In this document: positions 36,894 to 51,504 of the stretch, one piece after another | How positions within the stretch are numbered: position 1 is the first letter of the stretch | How the letters are laid out: each line of letters opens with the position of its first letter | The notes under the pieces: model-generated | Seen by the model: the letters and a program-made list of their open reading frames with translations, nothing else | The model's database searches: none | What the model was told of the DNA's origin: nothing | DNA from: Callorhinchus milii | Taxonomy: Eukaryota | Reading direction: 5' to 3' | Assembly (NCBI RefSeq): GCF_018977255.1 | Contig: NW_024704765.1 | Coordinates: 9,238,001 to 9,302,000 of the forward strand | DNA length: 64,000 nt | Translations under genes and position numbers: made by a program

Positions 36894-39574
36894 GACAGAC
36901 ACAGACAGACAGACGCTTCTCGTCCCCCCCCCACCTGGTGTTCAATCTAAAGCTATTTATTGTTGGCGTTAAGTTGCTATTGAGGTGTCCGGGACGAGTG
37001 TACGTAGGTTTGGGGGGAAACGACAAAGGCTTTTATTATAATAGCAACGTGGGGCGGCTCAGCGGTGGTTGATGTCATCTCAGTGTGTGCAGTGGGTTGG
37101 GGTTGGGGAGGGGGGGGGGAGGACGTGGGTCTTTTCTCTGGCTCTATAAGGGCTGAGACATCACCACCACCACCTCTCCCTCCCTCCCTCCCTCCCAACA
37201 GAGAGGGACAGTGGGCAGATCGCCTCTGTTTAAGCCCAATTCTGGTGTTTCTAAACCCCAAACTGAATCAAAGTTGGTTTCCATCTCAAGGCCCTCCTCA
37301 CACAGCGATTTCTCTCCCCTCCCCCCCCCCCCCCACGTTTTGGTTCAGTATTAAATGGCACAGTAACGGGTACCTTGGAATGATGGAATCTATTCGACTA
37401 CAGAGTTCGTCTTTCGATATACATTAACCGATGCAGACTTGTGTGTGGGGGGGTGCAGTTTGGTCTGTCTGTCTGTCTGTGTCTGTCTGTCTCTGTCTGT
37501 CTGTCTGTCTGTCTGTGACTGTCCACACACAGGTCACAGCTGATGTACCAGAGCACTGTTGGCACCTTTGCAACTACTATAATTACAAACTGCTTTTAGC
37601 CATTTACTCCCCCAGGCTTTGGAACTCTCTCCCTCACCCCTCCTCCGCTGTGCCCTTTCCTTCCCCTCTTTTAGATCACATCTGAAGACCTTATGGTCAC
37701 CTTCTTCCCCCTGTCCCCAACCGGCCCGGCATCGGGCTGCACCGCTGTTTAGTGCTCTGAGACGCTGCCCTGTGTGAAGGGGGCCACACAAAGGCAAGTT
37801 ACTTTTGCAATTTGTAGCGCTGTGTCTCGTGGGTGAAGTGTACTTCCGTGCCCGTGTGGGCGCTGTCTGGTGTGGTACTGCGTACGTTCAACCTGTGCGG
37901 TAAAGTCTGTGCCAGTCAGTTTGAGATGCACAGATCATCTGTTTTCAACAGCCAAACCTTATAATAATAATTATTATTATTAATAACACTTGCATTTGAT
38001 GTAGCGCCTTATCACGCCATTGAGACGTCTCAAAGCGCTTCACAGAATACGTTGGATATAATTGACTATTTTGTGGGCGAAACGCGGCAGTCAATTGCGC
38101 ACAGCAAAGAAATAACAACAACAATAATAATTCTTACCTTTGATATAACGCCTTTCATGTTTTCGGGAGGACGTCTCGAAGCACTTCACAGGATTTATTG
38201 TATTGAGCCAAGACTGTGTGTTCTGAAGATGAAGAAAGAACATAAACACATATATATATACAAATGTCTATAAACGCTTGTCAAATTGTAAAACTTCAAG
38301 TCTTCAGAAAGAACTTGCATTTTTATTGTGTCTTGTTACCAAGGAAGTATTTTCTACAGTAACTGATGTCAAGTGCAGTGACGGGAATCAGCTAGTGTTT
38401 CTGCCCAGATCTCCTGTCATAGCCTTCGACCGGATTAGCAGCACGAACACAGACTGTTTCTCCCCTCTCTTAGCCCCCATCCCCCTCTCTCCCTAACCCT
38501 GAGACCAAGTATAGCGCCAACTGCAGCTCCAGCTGAGATCAGAAGCTCAACACAGAGCAGGAGGTGATGAGGGCTGTGACTGATTTGGTGCAGTAACTCA
38601 ATGAGCTGTGACGCTGGCCCTGGGCTGGGCTGGGCTGGGTTCGGCCGTGACTGGCACTCTGGGCTGGTAGTGTTAGTGGTTGTGAGTGTGAGTGGGTCAC
38701 TGAGCTGCATTCCTGCCATTCCTTGTTTATTTATAGACGTGACAGCAACCCAACGCAGCTTCCTGTCAGTGGTTTGAAACGCGAAGCTGTTTTGAGCAGG
38801 AGGAGGAGGAGGAGGGAGGAGAAGGAGGAGGAGGGAATTTCTGAGGGCTTTGCACCATGCGAACAGATCATCTTAATCAGGACGAGAGTGAGTGAGCCGT
38901 GTTGGGGAGTCAGAACAACCTGCTGTGGCGGTGAAATCTATCGCAACATATTCCCTCTCGAGGCCAGGCACTGGCTGCTTTCTATCCAGGCCCCTATTCA
39001 GTGGACAGACATTCTTAACAGGAGCCTGGGGTGAGTGTTAAGCTGCTAAGTGAGTGTGAGTCAGGGGGTGGGGTGGGGGGGGGTGATTTAAAAAGTTTGG
39101 GTTTGTCCTCATGTCTCTGAAAGGGTTCCCCCACCCTTAGAATTTGTGTGAGAGGAGAGTTTCTGCTGCTGTTGTTGGTCACTCTGGCACGGGCTGCTGT
39201 TATGTGTTTACAAGCCTCCTCTTGTGAATTTGTTGGCAGGAGATGGATTTTAGGTTAAATACGTGGCTCTGTTTTCCCCTCTGACCAGCGCGTATATATA
39301 ACCGCTCCATTACTTTGTACTTGCCCTTCAGTGACCCTGAAGACCTTATTTGTTCTTGTTTTTCCCCACTCCCTCCCAACCTGGCTCAGTTATATTGATA
39401 ATAATCCATGCATTTGATATAACGTTGAGACATCTCAAAGGGCTTCAGAGTGAATTGCGCTTCACAAAGACTCCAGGAGGCTGCCCCGCGTGAAGGGCGT
39501 GGTATAACTGCAAGTTGTTGTTGTTGTAAAGTGGATTGACTGAGTATTTTGTGGGCGAAACCCGGCAGCCAATT

Positions 39575-39957
39575 AATAGTAATAATAATCCTTGCATTTG
39601 ATATAGCGCTTTTCACATCTTTTTGAGACGTCTCAAAGCGCTTCACAGAATATACTGTAAAGTGAATTGACTGTATATTTTGCGCACAGTTTGCACAATT
39701 TTATATTTTGCACAATTGGGCACAGCAGTGTTCCCACGAACAGTCATGGATTGAGTGACCAAATTTTTATTTAAATTGTTTTTTGGAGGGATTATTATCC
39801 CCAGGAATGTGATCCACCAATCGGTTAACAACCGGTTTACTACCTTACTGCTAGGTAAACAGAGGTATATGTGGAGTACAGAAACTTTCCTAAGGTTTCG
39901 CCCTGCCTGGCCGGGAATGTGAGGTGAGCGCACTAACCACTAATCTACGGGACTCCA
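39575..39957 (-). mobile_element. tRNA-derived SINE (family A), reverse strand; duplicated at about 50870-51250
   Basis: Reverse complement of the same head, body and (TTA)n tail. Confidence 0.75.
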
Positions 39958-40211
39958 CGAGTGCGAGGCTTATGGTGGTAATGCGTTTCCTTCTGTATTA
40001 CTCCGGAAACTCTGAAACACTCTCCCTCCATCCCTCCGCCTTGCCGCATCCTTTTCCATCTTCAAGTCACGACTGAAGACCTTTCCCGTCAACAGTGCCT
40101 ACAGTCACCTCCGCCACTGTCGAGCTCCGGGTCGCCACCCTGCGTGAAGGGCGCTATATAAATGCAAGTTGTTGTTGTATTACAGCTCAATTGAACCTGA
40201 CGTGAGGGCTG

Positions 40212-41217
40212 ATGGAGAGAGCCAGCATGGGGGCCCAGCCCCCGCACATGCCTTTCTTCGACCCGTCCCACGCCCTGAACATCCTGAAGGGCATCAACGA
40301 GCTGCGGGCGGAGCGCAAGTTCTTCGACGTGACCCTCTCAGTGGAGGGGAGGGAGCTGCCGTGCCACAGGACGGTCCTGGCGGCCTCCAGCACCTACTTC
40401 AAGGCCATGTTCGCGGGCGAGTGCGGGAGAGCTCGATGGACCGGGTGGAGATCCACCAAGTCTCGGCCGAGGTGCTGGGGCTCTGGTGGACTTCTCGTAC
40501 AGCGGGCGGCTGACGGTGACGGAGGAGAACGTGGAGGTGCTCCTCAAGGCCGCGGACCTCTTCCAGTTCCACTCAGTCAAGGAGGCCTGCTGCTCGTACC
40601 TGCAGCAGCGGCTCGATGTCGACAACTGCCTGGAGATGCAGGAGTTCGCCGAAGCCTATGCCTGCCGGGGCCTGGCCGAGGACACCAAGCGCTTCATCCT
40701 GCGGCACATTGTGGAGCTGTCGCGGGAGGAGGGTTTCGAGTCCCTGCCCCGGGAGCGCATCACCGAGTACGTCAGTGACGACCGCCTGCACGTGGACAAG
40801 GAGGAGACGGCCTACCAGATCGCCCTGCGCTGGGTCAAGGCCGACCTCAAGCACCGGCAGCGCTTCTGGCCGGAGCTGTTCCAGCGTGTCCGGCTGCCCT
40901 TCATCCGGCGCTTCTACCTGCTGGCCTACGTGGAGAGCGATCCTTGGTGTACTACTCCCCGCCTTGCCTGCAGCTGATCCACGAGGCGCGCTCCTTCCAG
41001 TCGAGCCAGTACGACCGGCACGACTACCCGTGTCAGCGCATGCGTCCGCGGCCCTCCACCGGCCTGGCCGAGATCCTGGTGTCCGTGGGCGGCTGCGACA
41101 AGGACTGCGACGAGTTGGTGACCGTCGATTGCTTCAACCCTCAGACGGGGCAGTGGCGATACCTGGCAGAGTTCCCCGATCACCTGGCCGGGGGCTACAG
41201 CGTCACCGCCTTCGGCA
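40212..41217 (+). pseudogene. KLHL21: Redundant partial copy of the first KLHL21 coding exon (3 frameshifts, truncated by gap); probably an assembly artefact
   Basis: Near-identical to 51505-52512 with extra 1-bp deletions at ~40421 and ~40942, plus the shared deletion at ~40483. Ends at the 25-N gap. Confidence 0.75.
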
Positions 41218-41242
41218 NNNNNNNNNNNNNNNNNNNNNNNNN
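41218..41242. other. 25-N assembly gap at the duplication junction (other gaps: 10422-10809, 12134-12274, 28985-29310, 33041-33400, 35704-35857, 42628-42896)
   Basis: N runs seen directly. Confidence 0.99.
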
Positions 41243-41636
41243 ACAGTTCAGAAGCACAAAGTTACAGATATACTACATACCACACATAGACTGATACCCA
41301 TGCTCTTCATATCTACAGTGGGCCAGACCCAATCAGTGTGGATATCAAGTTCTACTACTGCAATAAGACAAGGCAGTCCAACTGGTTGCCCATGGGCCGC
41401 ATCTGACCCACAGGCTGGTATCATCCGCCACCCACCCTCCCCCACCCGCCATTTCATCTGGCCCATCCACTCCCTCCACAAATCGTAAATGTTTGTTATG
41501 TTTCTGGTAGGGAAACCCAAAAATATTGCTTATGCAGCCCGCAGACATTTCTCAAACAGGGCACCCGGCCCTTAGCAGCCAAAAGGTTGGACCACCCTGA
41601 CATAAGTACTCCTTTTAATCTGAGTCAACTCTGTAC

Positions 41637-43143
41637 CTTCATGGTATCTGGGTAGTGAAAGATTGTGGGCACTGCATTGTGCTTCAAATTTTTCCGGTTG
41701 CCCCACGTGTTGAAACACTCCAGTTTGAAGTGCTCGGAGCAGATTACCGTGTGCTGGGTCGGTTGGAATTCTGCCCTCCCTACATTGTTCACCCATTCTT
41801 CAAAGAGGTCGGGTTGCTGAAGGGAAATCTGTGCAAAGAGAAAAGCCAATCAGGGAATGAAACAATAATTAAAATGACATTTTACACTGTATGAATATAT
41901 CTATAATATTATATAAGGTGCTGGGTGTTATTGTGAAAGGTCAGTTCATACTCTGATACCATATTACCCTGTATGTTAATAAATAAATATTACACTGAAT
42001 GTTAATAAATGCCTTGCATTGATATAGAGCCAATGCCGCATCATCGAACCGTCTTAAAGCACTTCACAGCATTCACTGCAAAATGTAGTGCAGGTGAACG
42101 CAATTTCACTTTGCGAACAGTAATACAGTGCACAGTAAGCAGTATAGTGACAGTGTATATTATATCACTATAGCACACCATATATTAAACAGTATTAAAC
42201 ACATGACTGTTGTGGGACGCTGCTGTGCGCAATTGGCTGCCGCGTTCACCCACAATTATACGGTCAACTCACTTTACAGCATATTCTGTGAAGCGCTTTG
42301 GGACGTCGAGAAGACGTGAAAAGCGCTACATCAAATGCGAGGATTATTATTGTTAGTAGCAGTAGTATACACAGTATAACTCAACCCCGCCCACCACCAT
42401 CATCATGCTATCAATATCCCGGCCACAGGGTTTAATGTATTTATACACACTCCTAAATCGCCGCTCCAGATAACTCGCCACTGAGGCCTTGGGGGGGGGG
42501 ATGTGTGTGGGGGTGTGCGGGTGTGTGTGGGGGGGGTGGGTGTGGGGGTGTGTGTGTGTGGGTGTGTGTCTGTGGGGGGGGTGGGTGTGGGGTGTGGGGG
42601 TGTGTGTGTGTGGGGTGTGTCTGTGGGNNNNNNNNNNNNNNNNNNNNNNNNNNNNNNNNNNNNNNNNNNNNNNNNNNNNNNNNNNNNNNNNNNNNNNNNN
42701 NNNNNNNNNNNNNNNNNNNNNNNNNNNNNNNNNNNNNNNNNNNNNNNNNNNNNNNNNNNNNNNNNNNNNNNNNNNNNNNNNNNNNNNNNNNNNNNNNNNN
42801 NNNNNNNNNNNNNNNNNNNNNNNNNNNNNNNNNNNNNNNNNNNNNNNNNNNNNNNNNNNNNNNNNNNNNNNNNNNNNNNNNNNNNNNNNNNNNNNNGTGT
42901 GAGGTGGGTGTGTGTGTGGTGTGTGTGTGGTGGGGGGGTGTGGAGGGTGTGTGTGGTGGGTGTGTGTGGGGGTGGGGTGTGTGTGGTTGTGTGGGGGGTG
43001 TGTGTGTGGTGGGGGTGTGAGGGTGTGGTGGTGTGTGTGTGGGGGGTGTGAGGGGGGGGGGGTGAGGCTCACCTGTGGAAGGTCAGGCCCCTGTTCTTGC
43101 TCTGTCTGTTGGTGCAGTTGTAGGCAGCACATGACTTGGGCAT
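41637..43143 (-). pseudogene. THAP3: Redundant copy of THAP3 exons 1-2 (exon 2 frameshifted, exons 3-4 absent); probably an assembly artefact
   Basis: Exon 1 at 43073-43143 matches 29317-29387. Exon 2 at 41637-41828 is 192 nt versus 193 nt (C missing near 41813). Confidence 0.75.
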
Positions 43144-44336
43144 GTCGCTTGTGCGCCTGCGCCGCTTTGCCCCCCACAATAATGGCGGCGGCGGCGACGC
43201 CCGCGGGCCCCGCTCACAGCGGCCGCACTCGCCCTCCCGGCGCTCGCCGTCACAGCCAGACCCTCCTCACAGGCCTCTCCGGTGGCGGTGGGTGGGGGGG
43301 GGGGAGAGGGGGGGCCACCGGAGCCGGTTCTTGAGGCGAAAAGTCCTTGTGAAGCGAAGGGAGAGTTAAAATAATAAACCGCATCGGGTGAAGCTCGAGC
43401 GCTGCCTCCCCGCCGTGAGCGCGGCCTTGACGTGATGACGTCGCCAACCCTCCCCCCCCCACCGCCGCCGCCGCCACGCGGGCGACGTACCTTTGCGCCG
43501 TGACATCACGGGTGACGTTTGCCACGCCCGCCGCCAGGGTTTTGGCGGGAAAAGCCAGGGGGATTTTTTTTCTCTGAGACCCACTCAATAATAATAATAA
43601 TACTAATAATAACAATGATGATGATGAGAGTAATACTTGCATTTGATATAAGGCCCCGATCACGTCTCAAAGCGCTTCCACGGAATATACCGTCAGGTGT
43701 AGTGACTGTGCATTCCGTCACAGCCACGACCCCACATAGCCCTGAATTGACTGGACCCAATTATTATTATTATGGTTATCACCGTCGTCATTATTTCCCG
43801 CAAAGCGCTTCGAGACGTCGCAACGGCACGGAAACGGCGCTGTATCAAACGTGAGGATAATTATAATGGCAATAAGGTCCGTCTCCCGAGACCTTAATAA
43901 TAATAATAATAATAATCCTCGCATCTGATATAGCGCTTTTCACGTCGGGAGGACGTCCCGAAGCGCTTCACAGAACACACTGTAAAGTGAATGACTGTAT
44001 ATTTGTGGGCGAACTGCGGCAGCCAATGGCGCACAGCAATGTCCCACAAACAGTCGTGGAGTTGAAAATGACCAATTTATTATTGTTTTGTTTTTTGGAG
44101 GGATTATTATTAGGCGTTTAACCTTAGCCTTTAACCTCACCTTCCGTTATCTTCTGAGCCACGTCCCTGCTCCTTAATCACTATCGACGGTGAGCCCCAC
44201 ACGCCCCGTCGCACACAGTTGGTTGCCCTTCACCCCGACCGACACAAATTAAAGAGAAAAAAAAACACCCCACTGATTAGCACCGGGCGTCAGAAATTAA
44301 AACTTTTTAAACCGTTAAAATACCAATAGTTAAATC

Positions 44337-46453
44337 TTTATTTACAAAATAGTTCCGATATACACGTATACAAAGTTTCACAGAAACAAGGTTTTTGCTT
44401 TTGTCCCGCTTTGACGATTCCCTCTCCCCCCCCCCCCGTTCCGTTCCCCCCCGTCCCCGCCCCGCACCAAGGAGACCATCCCGTCATTCCCGGCCACGAC
44501 ACCAGTCCAAAAAAAAAGGCGCTGGTCCATGTATCAAACGACCATCAAGTGCGGATCTCCCTACCCGAGCGAAGGCACCGCTAGAACGTGGAATGTCACG
44601 ACGCTAGTCTTTACATTTGCCCCTTGTCGGTAAAATAATTTAAGGGGGAGGTGGTGGGGGAGGGTAACTGGAAAAGGGTTTTTTTTGTGGAGGGAAACAA
44701 AATTGGCAGAAAAGGTTACAACCGTGAGCACAGGAAGAGAACTGAACATGCTTCGGACTGTGTCGGTCAGAGGGGAGCGAGGACGTCGACATCGATGTCT
44801 TAAAATAATCTCTCTACATTGAAACTGGCCATGACGGTTACTTACTTACTGACAATTCGTTCAGGGTGAAGAGCTTTCATCCTCCAAAGATTGGCTTCTT
44901 TTCCTCCCACTCCCCTCCACCCCCTCACCCGAAATTGAAGGGCGCCTGTCCTCCAGAGGATTAAGACACCGTTGAGGAAACGTCCTCCATGGAAAAAAAA
45001 TGGAAGTTTCCCCCCAGTCCTCAAAAAAAGTATGTCAAGTTATTTGCTGGACGTTTGTGTAGTGTTAACTGTACATCCACCCTGCTCGCCACTCCAAACC
45101 CAACAGGCACTGATTGAAACACGGAATCAACTGCTATGCCAATTCGTGCTTCCCGGACATGTCAATGTTTGGGTAGTAGCCAAATCAGTGAATAACCAGG
45201 GTAATAAAGCACGCTCTGAGTGAACAACACAGGGTAAGAAACAGAGAGATTCTCTCCCTCCCCCAAACTAACTGGAAATCACATGAAGTCATCGAGGCAC
45301 GATGGGAGGTTGAACTCATGTGAGTGAAGTTATAAGGTGCAGTTTGTGTGTTGCGGGGGGGGGGGGGGGGGGGAAGGGGGTGGGGATGGTGGTGGTGGGG
45401 ATGATGGAATCAATGTATATTTTCTACATACGGTCATCCCCATTTCAACTGAGGGATAAAGCGTTTAAAGGAACGACCAATGTGCTCTTCACTTTATTCT
45501 ACTCTCAGGCCATTTGGTCTGTACCCACTCAGCCGCTCACTCCACTCATTACCCAGAAACGATCAACCGTCTGAGGCATAAAAATGTCCCCAGGTCCTCT
45601 TCTTCCCCTCCCTCCCCCTCAACAAGGGGCGTGTTCGTACCCGTGGACCCAATGTGGAGGGAAGGAAGGAGGTTAAAAACCTTGATTCCTTTTATAAAGG
45701 GCTTTGGCTCCTCTTTTCTCCCCGTTTCTGTTCCCTCTCGAATCATTTCTTTCCTGTTGCATCAGCCTGAACCAGAATGGAAACTTAAATCCTTAACTCA
45801 CTTGTTCCCAACTTGGCTGACACAATCCCTCGTACATCATGCCATGTTTGTGATTAAAAAATTGGCACAATTCTGGTGCTAAATGAGAGGGGGACGGGGG
45901 TCAAGACCTGGTCCCTGTACCGGCCACACCTGGAGGCTTGACGCGCAGCGCGATGCTGAAATAAACCCAGTGGTTTCTCTCTCCCCTCCCCCCGGATCAA
46001 TCTCAAGACCCTTAACAAAATATTATTCTGACTGCCCGTCCGATTGACTGCCCAAGTCCCCGACCACAGTGAGCCCCGAACAGCTGATCCCGATGTTCCG
46101 GAAATGCCCGAATCCCAATTTACCGGCGGAGTGGGAATGGTAGATCCGTTTCTTGCTCCGGGTTTCTTTTATACCCTCTTTGGAGCGAGTCTCCCGACTC
46201 TGGCCGGCGAAGGTGAGCGAGTCACAGAATTCCCAGGAGGGTGAAGGGTTCTCAAAACTCTCCCCTTATACCCCCACCCCCCACTCCCTCCCCCAGCCCC
46301 GCTCAGCCCAGCCCGGGTGCTCAGCACTCGCCAGACAAGTGTATCAGTTTATTCCCGCAAAGTTCCGCTAAACTCTCTCTCTCTGCCCAGAAAGAAATAT
46401 AAAGAGAAACACCTCGACACGGCTCGGCGCGACCCAACCTAACGGGAAGCGGC
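44337..46453 (-). other. PHF13: PHF13 3' UTR (about 2.1 kb) ending at AATAAA
   Basis: tttatt at 44337-44342 (also 30582-30587 in the first copy, which has only the distal UTR 30582-31694). Non-repetitive UTR-like sequence contiguous with the stop codon. Confidence 0.6.
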
Positions 46454-46680
46454 TCAGTCGAGGATGTGTTTCCGGCAGCTGGTGCGCGAGCGGTTTGACC
46501 GCCGGATGTCCTGTTTGGTACCCCGGCACTTTTGGCAGACAAACACCTCGGGCACGTTGGTCTTGCGGATCTTGGCACAGGACAGATGGATCCAGGTGTT
46601 GCACTCGTTACACTCGATCATGGGCCGACCGGCAAAGGGCTTCATACAGTAACACGTCACCAGCTCCCACGAGTCGTCAT
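46454..46680 (-). CDS. PHF13: PHD finger protein 13 (SPOC1), last coding exon containing the PHD finger
   Basis: ccag|ATGACGAC... encodes [52 protein letters not shown] (C4HC3 PHD), stop at 46454-46456. PHF13 rather than PHF23 by synteny. Confidence 0.9.
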
Positions 46681-47030
46681 CTGGTTCAGGGGGTGGGGGC
46701 AGAGAGAGGATATCAGAACAGAAAGTTGGGGGGTGGTGGTGGGGGGGGGGGGGGGGGAGGGGGGAGGAAATCAAAGAAACATAACATTTTAAAACAGGGG
46801 AGAGAAGAGATTAAATGAAATTTGCGGTTGTTTTAATAAAATTCGTGCTTTTTACCTTTGGAAACGATCCCCTGGCGATTCGATGTGTCTGTCCTGTGTG
46901 TGTGTCAAAAATATTCTCCTACATCAGATGCGTTCAACCCTCTCTCTCACTCTCCTCTCTTTCTATCTCTCTCCTCTATATCTCTCTTTCTATATTTCTC
47001 TCTCTCTCTCTCTTTCTCTCCTCCCCCTTC

Positions 47031-47063
<33 letters not shown>

Positions 47064-48118
47064 CCCACCCTCTCTCCCCTCCCTCCCTCCCCCCCTCCCA
47101 AGCAAATAACCGTAGAATTTGTTTGAACAACAAACAAAAGCCCAAAGAGAGAAAAAAAAATCACATCCAGAGTCCATGTAAATGAAATCAAATAATAATA
47201 AAAAATTGATACCGTCCCTTTGATCCGAATGTGACAATGTAACCCTGATGTCAGCTCCTAATCCTCATGTTAATGAGGACTGAGCCATCCTCCTCTCAGC
47301 CTGGAGGGGGTGTGGTGGTGATGGGGGGGGGGGGGGGTGGAGAGGATATATATCTCGTTATATTTGTACCGACAACAAATACTCCCCCCCCCCATGCCTG
47401 TGCCCCCACAGTCACGCACATCTAACAGGACCCACTCCACCACAACAAAACCCCGTCTGTCTGTAATTTGCACCCAATATTTGCGATTAAAACGTGTGTG
47501 TCTCTGTCTCCCCCCCACCACCAACCCCCCCCATCACCTCTCTCTCTCTCTCTCTCTCTCTGTGGTTGAGTCCTGAAGGCTGTACAAGTGATCGTCCTGC
47601 CCCCTTCCAAATAGTTGCAAGCAGCAAATTTGCAAGAAGTTTATGCGTATATAAAGATATAAATAATATTATTACCACTCTCTTTTGTTTTCCTGACAGC
47701 CTCCAGACACACACACAACCACCCACACACACACCCCCCCCCCACACACACACAACCACCCACACACACACCACACCCCCCCCCCACACACACACACCCC
47801 CAAAAAACACAAGCAGAGATGTGGCGATCGGAGGAGCTGCTGTGATCCTGGTCTGGTTTGGGGGGTGAGTAAGAGCGGATTCCACACGTTGGTGGGGGAT
47901 GAATTCTCCCTACAAGGAAGAAAGAGGGAGAGAGAGAGAGGGGGAGGGGGTGAGAGAGAAAGAGAGAGGCAGAGGGGAGAGAGAGAGAGAGTGAAAGGGA
48001 GCAACAGACCTCTAAATGTGAGGGACCTACACCTCCTTCTAACGTCGCCTTGAATTGACATCGCAAGTTGCTGTGTGGAGCTGAGGATGGACTCGCAATC
48101 TGTCCTCTGTCCCCCCAC

Positions 48119-48161
<43 letters not shown>

Positions 48162-51100
48162 GACAGACACACACAGACAGACGCTTCTCGTCCCCCCCCC
48201 CACCTGGTGTTCAATCTAAAGCTATTTATTGTTGGCGTTAAGTTGCTATTGAGGTGTCCGGGACGAGTGTACGTAGGTTTGGGGGGAAACGACAAAGGCT
48301 TTTATTATAATAGCAACGTGGGGCGGCTCAGCGGTGGTTGATGTCATCTCAGTGTGTGCAGTGGGTTGGGGTTGGGGAGGGGGGTTGGGGGTTGGGGAGG
48401 GACCTGAGGACGTGGGTCTTTTCTCTGGCTCTATAAGGGCTGAGACATCACCACCACCACCTCTCCCTCCCTCCCTCCCAACAGAGAGGGACAGTGGGCA
48501 GATCGCCTCTGTTTAAGCCCAATTCTGGTGTTTCTAAACCCCAAACTGAATCAAAGTTGGTTTCCATCTCAAGGCCCTCCTCACACAGCGATTTCTCCCC
48601 CTCCCCCCCCCCCCCCCCCCCCACGTTTTGGTTCAGTATTAAATGGCACAGTAACGGGTACCTTGGAATGATGGAATCTATTCGACTGCAGAGTTCGTCT
48701 TTCGATATACATTAACCGATGCAGACTTGTGTGTGGGGGGGTGCAGTTTGGTCTGTCTGTCTCTGTCTGTCTGTCTGTCTCTGTCTGTCTGTCTGTCTGT
48801 CTGTGACTGGCCACACACAGGTCACAGCTGATGTACCAGAGCACTGTTGGCACCTTTGCAACTACTATAATTACAAACTGCTTTTAGCCATTTACTCCCC
48901 CAGGCTTTGGAACTCTCTCCCTCACCCCCTCCTCCGCTGTGCCCTTTCCTTCCCCTCTTTTAGATCACATCTGAAGACCTTATGGTCACCTTCTTCCCCC
49001 TGTCCCCAACCGGCCCGGCATCGGGCTGCACCGCTGTTTAGTGCTCTGAGACGCTGCCCTGTGTGAAGGGGGCCACACAAAGGCAAGTTACTTTTGCAAT
49101 TTGTAGCGCTGTGTCTCGTGGGTGAAGTGTACTTCCGTGCCCGTGTGGGCGCTGTCTGGTGTGGTACTGCGTACGTTCAACCTGTGCGGTAAAGTCTGTG
49201 CCAGTCAGTTTGAGATGCACAGATCATCTGTTTTCAACAGCCAAACCTTATAATAATAATTATTATTATTAATAACACTTGCATTTGATGTAGCGCCTTA
49301 TCACGCCATTGAGACGTCTCAAAGCGCTTCACAGAATACGTTGGATATAATTGACTATTTTGTGGGCGAAACGCGGCAGTCAATTGCGCACAGCAAAGAA
49401 ATAACAACAACAATAATAATTCTTGCCTTTGATATAACGCCTTTCATGTTTTCGGGAGGACGTCTCGAAACACTTCACAGGATTTATTGTATTGAGCCAA
49501 GACTGTGTGTTCTGCAGATGAAGAAAGAACATAAACACATATATATATACAAATGTCTATAAACGCTTGTCAAATTGTAAAACTTCAAGTCTTCAGAAAG
49601 AACTTGCATTTTTATTGTGTCTTGTTACCAAGGAAGTATTTTCTACAGTAACTGATGTCAAGTGCAGTGATGGGAATCAGCTAGTGTTTCTGCCCAGATC
49701 TCCTGTCATAGCCTTCGACCGGATTAGCAGCACGAACGCAGACCGTTTCTCCCCTCTCTTAGCCCCCATCCCCCTCTCTCCCTAACCCTGAGACCAAGTA
49801 TAGCGCCAACTGCAGCTCCAGCTGAGATCAGAAGCTCAACACAGAGCAGGAGGTGATGAGGGCTGTGACTGGATTTGGTGCAGTAACTCAATGAGCTGTG
49901 ACGCTGGCCCTGGGCTGGGCTGGGCTGGGTTCGGCCGTGACTGGCACTCTGGGCTGGTAGTGTTAGTGGTTGTGAGTGTGAGTGGGTCACTGAGCTGCAT
50001 TCCTGCCATTCCTTGTTTATTTATAGACGTGACAGCAACCCAACGCAGCTTCCTGTCAGTGGTTTGAAACGCGAAGCTGTTTTGAGCAGGAGGAGGAGGA
50101 GGAGGAGGGAGGAGAAGGAGGAGGAGGGAATTTCTGAGGGCTTTGCACCATGCGAACAGATCATCTTAATCAGGACGAGAGTGAGTGAGCCGTGTTGGGG
50201 AGTCAGAACAACCTGCTGTGGCGGTGAAATCTATCGCAACATATTCCCTCTCGAGGCCAGGCACTGGCTGCTTTCTATCCAGGCCCCTATTCAGTGGACA
50301 GACATTCTTAACAGGAGCCTGGGGTGAGTGTTAAGCTGCTAAGTGAGTGTGAGTCAGGGGGTGGGGTGGGGGGGGGTGATTTAAAAAGTTTGGGTTTGTC
50401 CTCATGTCTCTGAAAGGGTTCCCCCACCCTTAGAATTTGTGTGAGAGGAGAGTTTCTGCTGCTGTTGTTGGTCACTCTGGCACGGGCTGCTGTTATGTGT
50501 TTACAAGCCTCCTCTTGTGAATTTGTTGGCAGGAGATGGATTTTAGGTTAAATACGTGGCTCTGTTTTCCCCTCTGACCAGCGCGTATATATAACCGCTC
50601 CATTACTTTGTACTTGCCCTTCAGTGACCCTGAAGACCTTATTTGTTCTTGTTTTTCCCCACTCCCTCCCAACCTGGCTCAGTTATATTGATAATAATCC
50701 ATGCATTTGATATAACGTTGAGACATCTCAAAGGGCTTCAGAGTGAATTGCGCTTCACAAAGACTCCAGGAGGCTGCCCCGCGTGAAGGGCGTGGTATAA
50801 CTGCAAGTTGTTGTTGTTGTAAAGTGGATTGACTGTGTATTTTGTGGGCGAAACCCGGCAGCCAATTAATAGTAATAATAATCCTTGCATTTGATATAGC
50901 GCTTTTCACATCTTTTTGAGACGTCTCAAAGCGCTTCACAGAATATACTGTAAAGTGAATTGACTGTATATTTTGCGCACAGTTTGCACAATTTTATATT
51001 TTGCACAATTGGGCACAGCAGTGTTCCCACGAACAGTCATGGATTGAGTGACCAAATTTTTATTTAAATTGTTTTTTGGAGGGATTATTACCCCCAGGAA

Positions 51101-51504
51101 AGTGATCCACCAATCGGTTAACAACCGGTTTACTACCTTACTGCTAGGTAAACAGAGGTATATGTGGAGTACAGAAACTTTCCTAAGGTTTCGCCCTGCC
51201 TGGCCGGGAATGTGAGGTGAGCGCACTAACCACTAATCTACGGGACTCCACGAGTGCGAGGCTTATGGTGGTAATGCGTTTCCTTCTGTATTACTCCGGA
51301 AACTCTGAAACACTCTCCCTCCATCCCTCCGCCTTGCCGCATCCTTTTCCATCTTCAAGTCACGACTGAAGACCTTTCCCGTCAACAGTGCCTACAGTCA
51401 CCTCCGCCACTGTCGAGCTCCGGGTCGCCACCCTGCGTGAAGGGCGCTATATAAATGCAAGTTGTTGTTGTATTACAGCTCAATTGAACCTGACGTGAGG
51501 GCTG

